Part shown: piece after piece, positions 39,917 through 49,287 of the stretch
Layout: each line of letters starts with the position of its first letter
Numbering within the stretch: position 1 is the first letter of the stretch
The notes under the pieces: model-generated
Seen by the model: the letters and a program-made list of their open reading frames with translations, nothing else
Databases searched by the model: none
What the model was told of the DNA's origin: nothing
Made by a program: the position numbers and the translations under genes
DNA from: Escherichia phage ZCEC14
Sequence record: OP168898.1
Length of the DNA stretch: 64,000 nucleotides
Strand: one strand, 5' to 3'

Positions 39917-39940
39917 TAGGGACCTCCGGGTCCCTTTTTC
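39917..39940 (+). terminator. intrinsic terminator
   Basis: GGGACC-TCCG-GGTCCC followed by TTTTT. Confidence 0.75.
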
Positions 39941-40022
39941 ATACAAGTAATATAAATCTATACTTAGGAAAAATAGATGATTCTAGGTCCTGTAAATTTA
40001 TTAAAAATTTTTTCACAAAACT

Positions 40023-40077
40023 GTTTACATCCCTGTTCTTCCATGGTACTATACAACTATCAACTACGGAGGAACAC
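40023..40077 (+). promoter_or_regulatory. early promoter plus leader repeat (PeSL-like), near-copy of the 15181 element
   Basis: GTTTAC 40023-40028, -10 TACTAT 40047-40052, leader TACAACTATCAACTACGGAGGAACA. Confidence 0.65.
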
Positions 40078-40080
40078 AAA

Positions 40081-40332
40081 ATGAAAAACATTCAAACTAA
40101 TTTTATTCAAAATTTAAAAGTTGTTAATGCAGAAAAAGCTAATAAATTCTTTAAAGTTAAAGAATTCGAAAATGAAGGTAATACTTATGGTATTATAGAA
40201 CAAAATGGAATGGTGACTGGATTAGAAATTTATAATGGCAAAGGAAAATTTCAGTCACAGCCAATTTCTGTTATGGGTGTAAGAAAAGGAATTAAAACTG
40301 AAGATGCTTTAAAATTATTTGTTAAGTTTTAA
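40081..40332 (+). CDS. hypothetical protein
   Basis: 83 aa from ATG 40081; track ORF extended through the promoter. Confidence 0.5.
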   Translation: MKNIQTNFIQNLKVVNAEKANKFFKVKEFENEGNTYGIIEQNGMVTGLEIYNGKGKFQSQPISVMGVRKGIKTEDALKLFVKF

Positions 40333-40344
40333 GAGGAAATTGTT

Positions 40345-40725
40345 ATGAAAATCGCTATTTTGGTTATTGCATTAGGTCTTACTGGTTGTGTAGCTCAAGG
40401 ACCGGTAGTAAATCAGTCTGATGTAGGAAAAATTGTAAACTGTTCAAGCAAATTTTATAATCCTAATGTCAAGTGTTATAAAGAAGCTCCAAAGCAAACA
40501 GTAGAACAAATGCAGGCGAATTTTGACGAAGCTATTCGTCCAGATGAATCTGCTCAAGCATATCGTAATTCGGATGTAATTACACGCGAAGAAAAAATTG
40601 AAAATTACTGTGCCGTGCTTTGGGCAAATTGGGCTAATAATTACCAGTGGCGTACAGGTAAAAATGCTCCGATGGAGTATGTAGTGAATTCTTATAATTC
40701 ATGCGTAAAAAATTTGACTAAGTGA
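40345..40725 (+). CDS. putative lipoprotein
   Basis: 126 aa; signal peptide with lipobox LTGC. Confidence 0.55.
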   Translation: MKIAILVIALGLTGCVAQGPVVNQSDVGKIVNCSSKFYNPNVKCYKEAPKQTVEQMQANFDEAIRPDESAQAYRNSDVITREEKIENYCAVLWANWANNYQWRTGKNAPMEYVVNSYNSCVKNLTK

Positions 40726-40732
40726 GGAAAAC

Positions 40733-40984
40733 ATGGAAACTTTAGTAGCGGGTTCAATTTTTATGGTTTTAGTTTCAGGCGTGTTGGCTATTATTATATA
40801 CATGCTTCCGTGGTTCATCGCCTTGATGCGTGGGTCAAAATCGACAGTAGGAATCTTTTTCACGTCTTTACTGTTTAACTGGTCAATTATTGGTTGGTTT
40901 ATTACATTTATTTGGTCAATTGCTGGTGAAACTAAAAAGTCTGCGCAGCCAAATCAGGTAATTATCATCAGAGAGAAGGAATGA
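40733..40984 (+). CDS. imm: membrane immunity protein (Imm-like, superinfection exclusion)
   Basis: 83 aa; two TM helices; size and position of T4 Imm. Confidence 0.6.
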   Translation: METLVAGSIFMVLVSGVLAIIIYMLPWFIALMRGSKSTVGIFFTSLLFNWSIIGWFITFIWSIAGETKKSAQPNQVIIIREKE

Positions 40985-41130
40985 AAAGCAAAATTATAGC
41001 AGCATTGCTTTTAATCTTGATGATTATAATAAGTATATACTATAGTGTAACGGTTCCTCTTATGATTCCAACTATTATTTTAGGTTGGAGTTTATTACTG
41101 TTACAAGTTAAATATGAATGTATCAATTGA
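40981..41130 (+). CDS. hypothetical small membrane peptide (not in ORF track)
   Basis: 49 aa; two hydrophobic segments; ATGA overlap with imm. Confidence 0.35.
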   Translation: MKSKIIAALLLILMIIISIYYSVTVPLMIPTIILGWSLLLLQVKYECIN

Positions 41131-41137
41131 GGTTTAA

Positions 41138-41878
41138 ATGATTAGTGACTCTATGACAGTTGAAGAAATCCGTCTTCATTTGGGGCTTGCATTAAAAGAA
41201 AAAGATTTCGTAGTTGATAAAACTGGTGTCAAAACTATTGAAATTATTGGCGCATCATTTGTAGCAGATGAACCGTTTATTTTTGGCGCTCTTAATGATG
41301 AATACATTCAGCGTGAACTTGAATGGTATAAATCTAAAAGCTTGTTCGTTAAAGATATTCCGGGTGAAACACCGAAGATTTGGCAACAAGTAGCATCTTC
41401 TAAAGGTGAAATTAACTCGAATTATGGTTGGGCTATCTGGTCAGAAGATAACTATGCCCAGTATGATATGTGTTTAGCTGAACTTGGTCAAAATCCTGAT
41501 TCTCGGCGCGGTATCATGATTTATACTCGTCCATCTATGCAGTTTGACTACAATAAAGATGGTATGTCAGATTTCATGTGTACTAATACAGTACAGTACT
41601 TGATTCGTGATAAGAAAGTCAATGCAGTAGTAAGCATGCGCTCAAATGACGTGGTCTTCGGATTCCGTAATGATTATGCATGGCAAAAATACGTATTAGA
41701 TAAATTAGTATCTGATTTGAATGCAGGCGATTCAACTCGTCAGTATAAAGCAGGTTCTATTATATGGAATGTTGGAAGTCTTCATGTATATTCTCGTCAT
41801 TTTTACTTGGTTGATCATTGGTGGAATACTGGCGAAACTCATATTGTGAAAAAAGACTATAAAGGTGAGTGGAAATGA
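41138..41878 (+). CDS. 42: dCMP hydroxymethylase gp42
   Basis: 246 aa; thymidylate-synthase-like fold; matches T4 gp42. Confidence 0.95.
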   Translation: MISDSMTVEEIRLHLGLALKEKDFVVDKTGVKTIEIIGASFVADEPFIFGALNDEYIQRELEWYKSKSLFVKDIPGETPKIWQQVASSKGEINSNYGWAIWSEDNYAQYDMCLAELGQNPDSRRGIMIYTRPSMQFDYNKDGMSDFMCTNTVQYLIRDKKVNAVVSMRSNDVVFGFRNDYAWQKYVLDKLVSDLNAGDSTRQYKAGSIIWNVGSLHVYSRHFYLVDHWWNTGETHIVKKDYKGEWK

Positions 41879-42717
41879 TTCAATTCGTAATTCCGAGCTA
41901 TCAACGTGTAGGGGCAGTTTCTGCCCTTGATATGTTTCCGACTGATTATGAACCGCATATTGTAGTACGTGAACATGAAGAAAAAGCTTATTACGATGCC
42001 TATGGGTCTAGAGCTAAAATTATAACTATTCCTGATGATGTAAATGGAATTGCTGGAACTCGTAAAGCAATTACTGATATGTATGCAGGTCAACGAATCT
42101 GGATGATTGACGATGATACTACTATTCGTATGAGTTCAATGCGAAAAAGAGATGATCGTCGTTGCGTAGATAAAGTCAATCAATTGACTCGTGAACAGTT
42201 CTATGAATTGATTCAATATGTTGAGGATGCCATGGATTGCGGGTATTATCATGGCCATGCTCGTCTACCTATTTTTAAAATTACTTCATCTTGGGGTAAT
42301 TATCGTGAAAATTCATATGGATTCACGAATACATGGTATGACCTCGGAAAACTTACGACAGAACAAATTGGGTATGGAAAAATTGATTTATGTGAAGATA
42401 TGTATGCATTTCTCAATTTAATTAATCAAGGTTATCCGCATTTGGCCTTGTTCAAATATCTAGTTGTATCTGGAAAAGCACAAGCTCCTGGCGGATGCAG
42501 TTCAATTCGTAGTAATTCTAAACATAATAGAGCGCTTGAGCAAATCAATAGAGAGTTTCCAGATCAAGCTCGTTGGAAAACTTCTAATATTGAAAAACGA
42601 AAATCGTTGGGTGAAGAAGATGAACCACTAAAGGTTCTTCGTATGTGTGTTTCGCGTAAAGAAAAATCAGAAGCATTTCATAAGTTTAATGCTATTCATC
42701 CAATAGCAGTTGATTAA
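41875..42717 (+). CDS. putative GT-A glycosyltransferase in the beta-gt position (beta-alpha-gt-like)
   Basis: 280 aa from ATG 41875; DDD motif (WMIDDDTT); unlike T4 beta-gt. Confidence 0.5.
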   Translation: MIQFVIPSYQRVGAVSALDMFPTDYEPHIVVREHEEKAYYDAYGSRAKIITIPDDVNGIAGTRKAITDMYAGQRIWMIDDDTTIRMSSMRKRDDRRCVDKVNQLTREQFYELIQYVEDAMDCGYYHGHARLPIFKITSSWGNYRENSYGFTNTWYDLGKLTTEQIGYGKIDLCEDMYAFLNLINQGYPHLALFKYLVVSGKAQAPGGCSSIRSNSKHNRALEQINREFPDQARWKTSNIEKRKSLGEEDEPLKVLRMCVSRKEKSEAFHKFNAIHPIAVD

Positions 42718-42794
42718 TGCCTAAATTTATTGTGTTATAATTACTCTATCTTTAACCAGTGAGGAAAATATAATGATGCCTATGGAAAAAATGA

Positions 42795-43976
42795 ATGTCT
42801 ATTGCAGATTTAAAATCCCGTTTGATTAAAGCTTCCACTTCTAAAATGACTGCTGAACTGACTACATCTAAATTCTTTAATGAAAAGGATGTAATCCGTA
42901 CAAAAATCCCAATGCTTAATATCGCTATTTCTGGTGCGATTGATGGCGGTATGCAGTCTGGTTTAACTATTTTCGCAGGGCCTTCTAAACACTTTAAATC
43001 AAATATGTCTTTGACTATGGTTGCGGCGTATTTGAACAAATATCCTGACGCGGTTTGTCTATTCTATGATAGCGAATTTGGTATTACTCCTGCTTATTTG
43101 CGATCCATGGGAGTTGACCCGGAACGAGTAATTCATACACCAATTCAGTCAGTTGAACAGCTGAAAATTGATATGGTGAATCAGCTTGAAGCTATTGAGC
43201 GTGGTGAAAAAGTTATTGTATTCATCGACTCAATCGGTAATATGGCTTCTAAGAAAGAAACTGAAGATGCCTTGAATGAAAAATCTGTGGCAGATATGAC
43301 TCGTGCTAAATCGCTGAAGTCATTATTTCGTATTGTTACTCCTTATTTTAGTATTAAAAACATTCCGTGCGTTGCGGTTAACCATACAATTGAAACAATT
43401 GAAATGTTTAGTAAAACCGTGATGACAGGTGGTACAGGCGTAATGTATTCGGCTGATACTGTATTCATTATCGGTAAGCGCCAGATTAAAGATGGTTCTG
43501 ATCTTCAGGGGTATCAATTTGTTCTAAATGTAGAAAAATCTCGTACCGTTAAAGAAAAAAGTAAATTCTTTATTGATGTTAAATTTGACGGTGGTATCGA
43601 TCCTTATTCTGGATTGTTAGATATGGCTCTAGAATTAGGATTTGTAGTAAAACCTAAGAATGGTTGGTATGCTCGTGAATTTCTTGACGAAGAAACCGGC
43701 GAGATGATTCGCGAAGAAAAATCTTGGCGTGCAAAAGATACCAACTGCACTACATTCTGGGGTCCTTTATTTAAGCATCAACCATTCCGAGATGCTATTA
43801 AACGCGCTTATCAGTTAGGTGCTATTGATAGTAATGAAATTGTTGAAGCTGAAGTTGATGAATTGATTAACTCAAAGGTTGAAAAATTTAAATCTCCAGA
43901 AAGTAAAAGTAAATCAGCATCTGATTTAGAAACTGACCTCGAACAGTTAAGTGATATGGAAGAATTTAATGAATAA
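42795..43976 (+). CDS. uvsX: RecA-like recombinase UvsX
   Basis: 393 aa; Walker A GPSKHFKS; near-identical to T4 UvsX. Confidence 0.95.
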   Translation: MSIADLKSRLIKASTSKMTAELTTSKFFNEKDVIRTKIPMLNIAISGAIDGGMQSGLTIFAGPSKHFKSNMSLTMVAAYLNKYPDAVCLFYDSEFGITPAYLRSMGVDPERVIHTPIQSVEQLKIDMVNQLEAIERGEKVIVFIDSIGNMASKKETEDALNEKSVADMTRAKSLKSLFRIVTPYFSIKNIPCVAVNHTIETIEMFSKTVMTGGTGVMYSADTVFIIGKRQIKDGSDLQGYQFVLNVEKSRTVKEKSKFFIDVKFDGGIDPYSGLLDMALELGFVVKPKNGWYAREFLDEETGEMIREEKSWRAKDTNCTTFWGPLFKHQPFRDAIKRAYQLGAIDSNEIVEAEVDELINSKVEKFKSPESKSKSASDLETDLEQLSDMEEFNE

Positions 43977-44313
43977 AGATGATTTAGATTTAGATCTAGA
44001 AATTATCGATGAATCCCCCTCTTCGGAGGGGGAAGAAGAAAGAAAAGAACGTCTTTTTAATGAGTCTCTTAAGATAATTAAATCCGCTATGGAAAATGTT
44101 ATCCAGGAGATTGTCATTAAACTAGAAGATGGTTCTACACACATTGTGTATGTGACAAAATTAGATTGGGTTGATGGAAAAGTCGTAATGGACTTTGCTG
44201 TTCTTGACCAAGAAAGAAAAGCTGAGTTAGCTCCTCATGTAGAAAAATGTATTACAATGCAACTACAAGATGCATTTAATAAAAGGTCAAAGAAAAAATT
44301 TAAATTCTTTTAA
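43969..44313 (+). CDS. 40: head vertex assembly chaperone gp40
   Basis: 114 aa from ATG 43969; position between uvsX and 41. Confidence 0.6.
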   Translation: MNKDDLDLDLEIIDESPSSEGEEERKERLFNESLKIIKSAMENVIQEIVIKLEDGSTHIVYVTKLDWVDGKVVMDFAVLDQERKAELAPHVEKCITMQLQDAFNKRSKKKFKFF

Positions 44314-44322
44314 GGAGTAAGT

Positions 44323-45750
44323 GTGGTAGAAATTATTCTTTCTCATCTCATATTTGATCAAGCTTATTTTTCAAAAGTTTGGCCATATATGGATTCAGAA
44401 TATTTTGAAAGTGGTCCAGCTAAAAATACATTCAAATTAATTAAATCTCATGTCAATGAGTATCATAGCGTTCCATCTATTAATGCGTTAAATGTTGCAT
44501 TAGAAAATAGTTCATTTACTGAAACAGAATATTCTGGTGTAAAAACACTTATTTCAAAACTAGCTGATTCTCCGGAAGACCACAGTTGGTTAATAAAAGA
44601 AACAGAAAAATATGTTCAGCAAAGGGCGATGTTTAATGCTACGTCTAAAATAATCGAAATTCAAACTAATGCTGAGCTTCCTCCGGAAAAACGAAATAAG
44701 AAAATGCCGGATGTTGGTGCTATTCCTGACATCATGCGTCAAGCATTATCAATTTCATTTGATAGTTACGTTGGTCATGATTGGATGGATGACTACGAAG
44801 CACGTTGGCTATCTTATATGAATAAAGCGCGTAAGGTTCCATTTAAACTCAAAATTCTAAACAAAATTACTAAAGGCGGAGCTGAAACTGGAACACTGAA
44901 TGTTTTAATGGCTGGTGTTAACGTTGGTAAGTCATTAGGATTGTGTTCATTAGCAGCAGATTATTTGCAGCTCGGACATAATGTTCTTTACATTTCCATG
45001 GAAATGGCAGAAGAAGTCTGTGCTAAACGTATTGACGCTAATATGCTTGATGTTTCTCTTGATGACATTGATGATGGGCATATTTCTTACGCTGAGTATA
45101 AAGGAAAAATGGAAAAATGGCGTGAGAAATCTACTCTCGGTCGTTTAATCGTTAAACAGTATCCTACTGGCGGAGCAGATGCTAATACATTTCGATCACT
45201 TTTAAACGAATTGAAGCTCAAAAAGAATTTTGTTCCAACAATCATTATTGTCGACTATCTAGGTATTTGTAAATCTTGCCGCATCAGAGTTTATTCAGAA
45301 AATAGTTACACAACTGTTAAAGCTATTGCAGAGGAATTGCGTGCTTTGGCTGTTGAAACCGAAACTGTTCTTTGGACTGCAGCACAGGTTGGTAAACAAG
45401 CTTGGGACTCTTCCGATGTTAACATGAGCGATATTGCAGAATCTGCCGGTCTTCCAGCAACAGCCGATTTTATGCTTGCAGTCATTGAAACCGAGGAGTT
45501 AGCAGCTGCTGAACAACAACTCATTAAGCAAATCAAATCACGATATGGCGATAAGAACAAATGGAATAAGTTTTTGATGGGTGTTCAAAAAGGAAATCAG
45601 AAATGGGTAGAAATTGAACAAGATTCTACTCCAACTGAAGTGAGTGAAGTAGCAGGTTCACAACAGATTCAGGCTGAGCAGAATCGCTATCAAAGAAATG
45701 AATCCACTCGAGCTCAGTTAGATGCTTTGGCAAATGAATTAAAATTTTAG
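44323..45750 (+). CDS. 41: replicative DNA helicase gp41 (DnaB-like)
   Basis: 475 aa; Walker A GVNVGKS; GTG start. Confidence 0.95.
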   Translation: MVEIILSHLIFDQAYFSKVWPYMDSEYFESGPAKNTFKLIKSHVNEYHSVPSINALNVALENSSFTETEYSGVKTLISKLADSPEDHSWLIKETEKYVQQRAMFNATSKIIEIQTNAELPPEKRNKKMPDVGAIPDIMRQALSISFDSYVGHDWMDDYEARWLSYMNKARKVPFKLKILNKITKGGAETGTLNVLMAGVNVGKSLGLCSLAADYLQLGHNVLYISMEMAEEVCAKRIDANMLDVSLDDIDDGHISYAEYKGKMEKWREKSTLGRLIVKQYPTGGADANTFRSLLNELKLKKNFVPTIIIVDYLGICKSCRIRVYSENSYTTVKAIAEELRALAVETETVLWTAAQVGKQAWDSSDVNMSDIAESAGLPATADFMLAVIETEELAAAEQQLIKQIKSRYGDKNKWNKFLMGVQKGNQKWVEIEQDSTPTEVSEVAGSQQIQAEQNRYQRNESTRAQLDALANELKF

Positions 45751-45792
45751 TTTACAAGCTGACAAGACTATGGTATAGTAGTCTTGTTGGTT
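45750..45792 (+). promoter_or_regulatory. early promoter within hairpin (PeSL-like)
   Basis: GTTTAC 45750-45755, -10 TATAGT 45774-45779; arms ACAAGACT / AGTCTTGT. Confidence 0.6.
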
Positions 45793-45808
45793 AAATGAGG
45801 AGATTGTT

Positions 45809-45991
45809 ATGGAATTGGTAAAGGTAGTTTTTATGGGGTGGTTTAAGAACGAAAGCATGTTTACTAAAGAAATCACAATGATGAAAGATGACGTTCAATG
45901 GGCTACTACTCAATATGCTGAAGTTAATAAAGCATTAGTTAAAGCTTTCATTGATGACAAGAAAGTATGTGAAGTAGATTGCCGAGGATAA
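45809..45991 (+). CDS. dmd: Dmd, antitoxin against host RnlA/LsoA
   Basis: 60 aa; MELVKVVFMGWFKNESMFTKEITMMKDDVQW; adjacent to gene 41. Confidence 0.7.
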   Translation: MELVKVVFMGWFKNESMFTKEITMMKDDVQWATTQYAEVNKALVKAFIDDKKVCEVDCRG

Positions 45992-45992
45992 T

Positions 45993-46235
45993 ATGCATAT
46001 TGTTTTATTTAAACCTACTCCGTATAACGTCAGGAAAAATACACAATTCAAAGCACTTATTGCAGATACGTGGGAATTGGTGCTAGATATTCCAGCAGAA
46101 GAAAGTCCTCCATTTGGTCGAGTGGAATTTATTAAGTTTGCTGTGCGCCCTACGAAGCGACAGATTCGCCAATGCAAAAGATACTTTCGTAAAATCGTCA
46201 AATTAGAGAAACAGTTATTGATGCTAGTAAAATAG
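45993..46235 (+). CDS. hypothetical small basic protein (position of T4 61.4)
   Basis: 80 aa; immediately downstream of dmd. Confidence 0.5.
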   Translation: MHIVLFKPTPYNVRKNTQFKALIADTWELVLDIPAEESPPFGRVEFIKFAVRPTKRQIRQCKRYFRKIVKLEKQLLMLVK

Positions 46236-46237
46236 TA

Positions 46238-46280
46238 GTTTACAAGCTGATAGAGTTGTGTTATAGTAATTCTATCAGCT
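46238..46280 (+). promoter_or_regulatory. early promoter within hairpin (PeSL-like)
   Basis: GTTTAC 46238-46243, -10 TATAGT 46262-46267; arms AGCTGATAGA / TCTATCAGCT. Confidence 0.6.
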
Positions 46281-46298
46281 AATCGCGGAGAAAAGAAA

Positions 46299-46553
46299 AT
46301 GATGCTAGTTAATAGAGAATATCAGTTTAAATCAGAAGAAGATTTGGAAAAATTCGCAAGTGGTTGTGAACTGAATAGACGCACAGCTAAAGTCATAGGA
46401 TTAAAACCCTTTACAGTTCTAGATTGTGAAGTTTCTAAATTCCGCAGAGGGTGTTCTATTAGCGGTCATGCTCTGGTTGATGGGAACACATTTTTCTTTG
46501 TTTTTAGCGTCAGAGAACTTTTATTGATTAACGAACTTGAGGAAATAAAATAG
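46299..46553 (+). CDS. hypothetical protein
   Basis: 84 aa. Confidence 0.45.
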   Translation: MMLVNREYQFKSEEDLEKFASGCELNRRTAKVIGLKPFTVLDCEVSKFRRGCSISGHALVDGNTFFFVFSVRELLLINELEEIK

Positions 46554-46582
46554 TTTACTTTTGTTGGAAATTGAGATACTAT
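46553..46582 (+). promoter_or_regulatory. T4-type early promoter
   Basis: GTTTAC 46553-46558, -10 TACTAT 46577-46582. Confidence 0.6.
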
Positions 46583-46610
46583 ATAAACATAAACTACTGA
46601 GGAGATTATC

Positions 46611-46904
46611 ATGAAAAAATTTATCTTTGCTACAATTTTTGCTTTAGCTTCTTGCGCTGCTCAGCCTGCTATGGCAGGTTATGATAAAGATTTGTGCGAA
46701 TGGTCTATGACTGCGGATCAGACTGAGGTTGAAACCCAAATTGAAGCAGATATTATGAATATCGTTGAGCGTGATCGTCCTGAAATGAAAGATGAAGTAC
46801 AAAAACAACTTAAGTCTGGCGGTGTAATGCAGTATAATTATGTTCTGTATTGCGATAAAAACTTTAATAATAAAAATATCATCGCTGAAGTGGTAGGTGA
46901 ATAA
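46611..46904 (+). CDS. sp: periplasmic spackle protein Sp
   Basis: 97 aa; signal peptide MKKFIFATIFALASCAAQPAMA; size and position of T4 sp. Confidence 0.6.
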   Translation: MKKFIFATIFALASCAAQPAMAGYDKDLCEWSMTADQTEVETQIEADIMNIVERDRPEMKDEVQKQLKSGGVMQYNYVLYCDKNFNNKNIIAEVVGE

Positions 46905-46916
46905 TTAGAGGTTGAT

Positions 46917-47273
46917 ATGTATAGTTCTGAATTTTCATATTTAAAAATGGAAAAAATTTCATACGATTTTATAGATGAAAAGGTTTATTACAGTTTCCAT
47001 GAACCACGTTTTAATAGTGAGGTTGGGTTTATTGTAGTAAAAGACAATTTCATTTTAAAAATATATTCGGCATTAAAGGATTTTCACTACGAAAATATTA
47101 ACCTAAAATTTAATAAAGAAAACGTTCGTAATTGCGCAGTAACAATTACAGGAAATAAAGGTACATGTGTTATGCTATCTGATGAAATTAATGATTTGCT
47201 AAATGATGCAGAAAATATTACTGCACCATCTATTGATGACCAAATTTTTAACGCTTTTATGAATAGAGGTTAA
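46917..47273 (+). CDS. hypothetical protein
   Basis: 118 aa. Confidence 0.45.
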   Translation: MYSSEFSYLKMEKISYDFIDEKVYYSFHEPRFNSEVGFIVVKDNFILKIYSALKDFHYENINLKFNKENVRNCAVTITGNKGTCVMLSDEINDLLNDAENITAPSIDDQIFNAFMNRG

Positions 47274-47274
47274 T

Positions 47275-47439
47275 ATGAAAACATATAAAGAATTTATCAA
47301 AGAAGATATGGTTGCTGGAGATTCAGGTGGTAATCCTGAAAATATCTCTACTGGAACAACATCAGGTGCTGCAGTAAATAAAGGTCCTGAACAGATTCCT
47401 AAAAAGAAAAAAGAGGAATCTAAAGAAAAAGAAGAGTAA
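47275..47439 (+). CDS. small protein with capsid-targeting-sequence-like N-terminus (not in ORF track)
   Basis: 54 aa; MKTYKEFIKE then Gly/Ser-rich and Lys/Glu-rich tail. Confidence 0.4.
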   Translation: MKTYKEFIKEDMVAGDSGGNPENISTGTTSGAAVNKGPEQIPKKKKEESKEKEE

Positions 47440-47441
47440 AA

Positions 47442-48470
47442 ATGTCATCAATACCTTGGATTGATAATGAGTTTGCGTATCGTGCATTAGCTCATTTACC
47501 TAAATTTACACAAGTAAATAATAGTTCAACTTTTAAATTACGGTTTAGATGCCCTGTTTGTGGAGATTCAAAAACCGACCAGAATAAAGCTCGTGGATGG
47601 TATTATGGTGATAATAATGAAGGAAATATTCATTGTTATAACTGTAACTATCATGCACCAATCGGAATATATTTAAAGGAGTTTGAACCTGATTTATATC
47701 GTGAGTATATCTTTGAAATAAGAAAAGAAAAAGGTAAAAGTCGTCCAGTAGAAAAACCTAAAGAACTTCCTAAACAACCTGAGAAGAAAATAATTAAATC
47801 TCTTCCGTCATGTATTAGATTAGATAAACTGGTGGAAGACCATCCAATTATAAAATATGTAAAAGCTCGTTGTATTCCAAAGGATAAATGGAAATATCTT
47901 TGGTTTACAACCGAATGGCCTAAATTAGTTAATAGCATAGCACCGGGAACATATAAAAAGGAAATACCTGAGCCTCGTCTTGTTATTCCAATTTATAATG
48001 CTAATGGAAAAGCTGAGTCTTTTCAAGGACGTGCATTAAAGAAAGATGCTCCTCAAAAATATATCACCATCAAAGCTTATCCTGAGGCAACAAAAATCTA
48101 TGGAGTCGAACGAGTTAAAGATGGTGATGTATATGTTCTAGAAGGACCTATAGATTCACTTTTTATTGAAAATGGTATAGCTATTACGGGTGGTCAATTA
48201 GACCTAGAAGTTGTTCCATTTAAAGATAGACGCGTGTGGGTCTTAGATAATGAACCTCGTCACCCTGACACTATCAAACGAATGACTAAATTAGTTGATG
48301 CAGGAGAAAGGGTTATGTTTTGGGATAAATCTCCCTGGAAATCAAAAGATGTTAATGATATGATTAGAAAGGAAGGTGCAACCCCTGAACAAATTATGGA
48401 ATATATGAAAAATAATATTGCCCAGGGGTTAATGGCTAAAATGCGGTTATCTAAATATGCTAAGATTTAA
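47442..48470 (+). CDS. 61: DNA primase gp61
   Basis: 342 aa; zinc ribbon CPVCGDS...CYNC; matches T4 gp61. Confidence 0.93.
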   Translation: MSSIPWIDNEFAYRALAHLPKFTQVNNSSTFKLRFRCPVCGDSKTDQNKARGWYYGDNNEGNIHCYNCNYHAPIGIYLKEFEPDLYREYIFEIRKEKGKSRPVEKPKELPKQPEKKIIKSLPSCIRLDKLVEDHPIIKYVKARCIPKDKWKYLWFTTEWPKLVNSIAPGTYKKEIPEPRLVIPIYNANGKAESFQGRALKKDAPQKYITIKAYPEATKIYGVERVKDGDVYVLEGPIDSLFIENGIAITGGQLDLEVVPFKDRRVWVLDNEPRHPDTIKRMTKLVDAGERVMFWDKSPWKSKDVNDMIRKEGATPEQIMEYMKNNIAQGLMAKMRLSKYAKI

Positions 48471-48667
48471 ATTAACCCAACTAAAGCAAATGCTAAATCT
48501 ACAAATGTATCAAGAGTAACTACTGGAATATTAACACCATGAGCAATAGCAATTGGTGATAAAACAAAATTCCAGAGTAAAATTCCTACCATAGCAGAAA
48601 TAGTAAAAGCTATACGCTTTTTATTACCTTTGATGGCATTAACAAGTGCCATTAATTTTTGTACCAT
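48467..48667 (-). CDS. hypothetical small membrane protein, convergent with gene 61
   Basis: 66 aa on minus strand; strong SD AAGGAGG 7 nt before ATG; two hydrophobic helices. Confidence 0.45.
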   Translation of the reverse strand: MVQKLMALVNAIKGNKKRIAFTISAMVGILLWNFVLSPIAIAHGVNIPVVTLDTFVDLAFALVGLI

Positions 48668-48738
48668 ATGTCCTCCTTATTGCTTTATATATTTATTGTA
48701 TAATTAATCTACTAACCCATGAATTGAAAGGAAAAATA

Positions 48739-49257
48739 ATGGCATACTTTAACGAATGTAGTCAACTGATTGAAGGCGCTGATAAAGCTCAAAATGAATA
48801 TTGGGATATTCTTGGTGATGAAAAAGACCCGCTGCAGGTTATGCTTGATATGCAGAAATCTCTACAGGTTCGTTTAGCTAAAGATAAACCTGAATATAAT
48901 CGTCATCCTGATGACTTGGCTACTGCAGGCGAAGTTGTTGATTGGCTGCGCAATCAGAAAGATTATATTGATGATGAATTCCGTGAACTTCTGACTTCTC
49001 TTGGTGGTATGAGCAATGGTGAAAAAGATGCATCTGCTGTATGGAAGCCTTGGAAGTCGCAACATGGTGAACGTCGTGAAACTCTAATTACTGATTTGTC
49101 TCCGCAAGATCAATTGGAAATTAAATTTGAAATGATTGATATTCTCCATTTCGTTCTGAACATGTTCCAAGGTCTTGGTCTTACAGCAGAAGAAATCTTT
49201 AAACTTTATTATCTGAAAAATGCTGAAAACTTTGCTCGTCAAGACCGAGGTTATTAA
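48739..49257 (+). CDS. 56: dCTP/dCDP pyrophosphatase gp56
   Basis: 172 aa from ATG 48739; NEYWDILGDEKDPLQVMLDMQ...FKLYYLKN matches T4 gp56. Confidence 0.85.
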   Translation: MAYFNECSQLIEGADKAQNEYWDILGDEKDPLQVMLDMQKSLQVRLAKDKPEYNRHPDDLATAGEVVDWLRNQKDYIDDEFRELLTSLGGMSNGEKDASAVWKPWKSQHGERRETLITDLSPQDQLEIKFEMIDILHFVLNMFQGLGLTAEEIFKLYYLKNAENFARQDRGY

Positions 49258-49287
49258 CAGCTCGTCTTAAAAGCCGCGAGAATTTAT

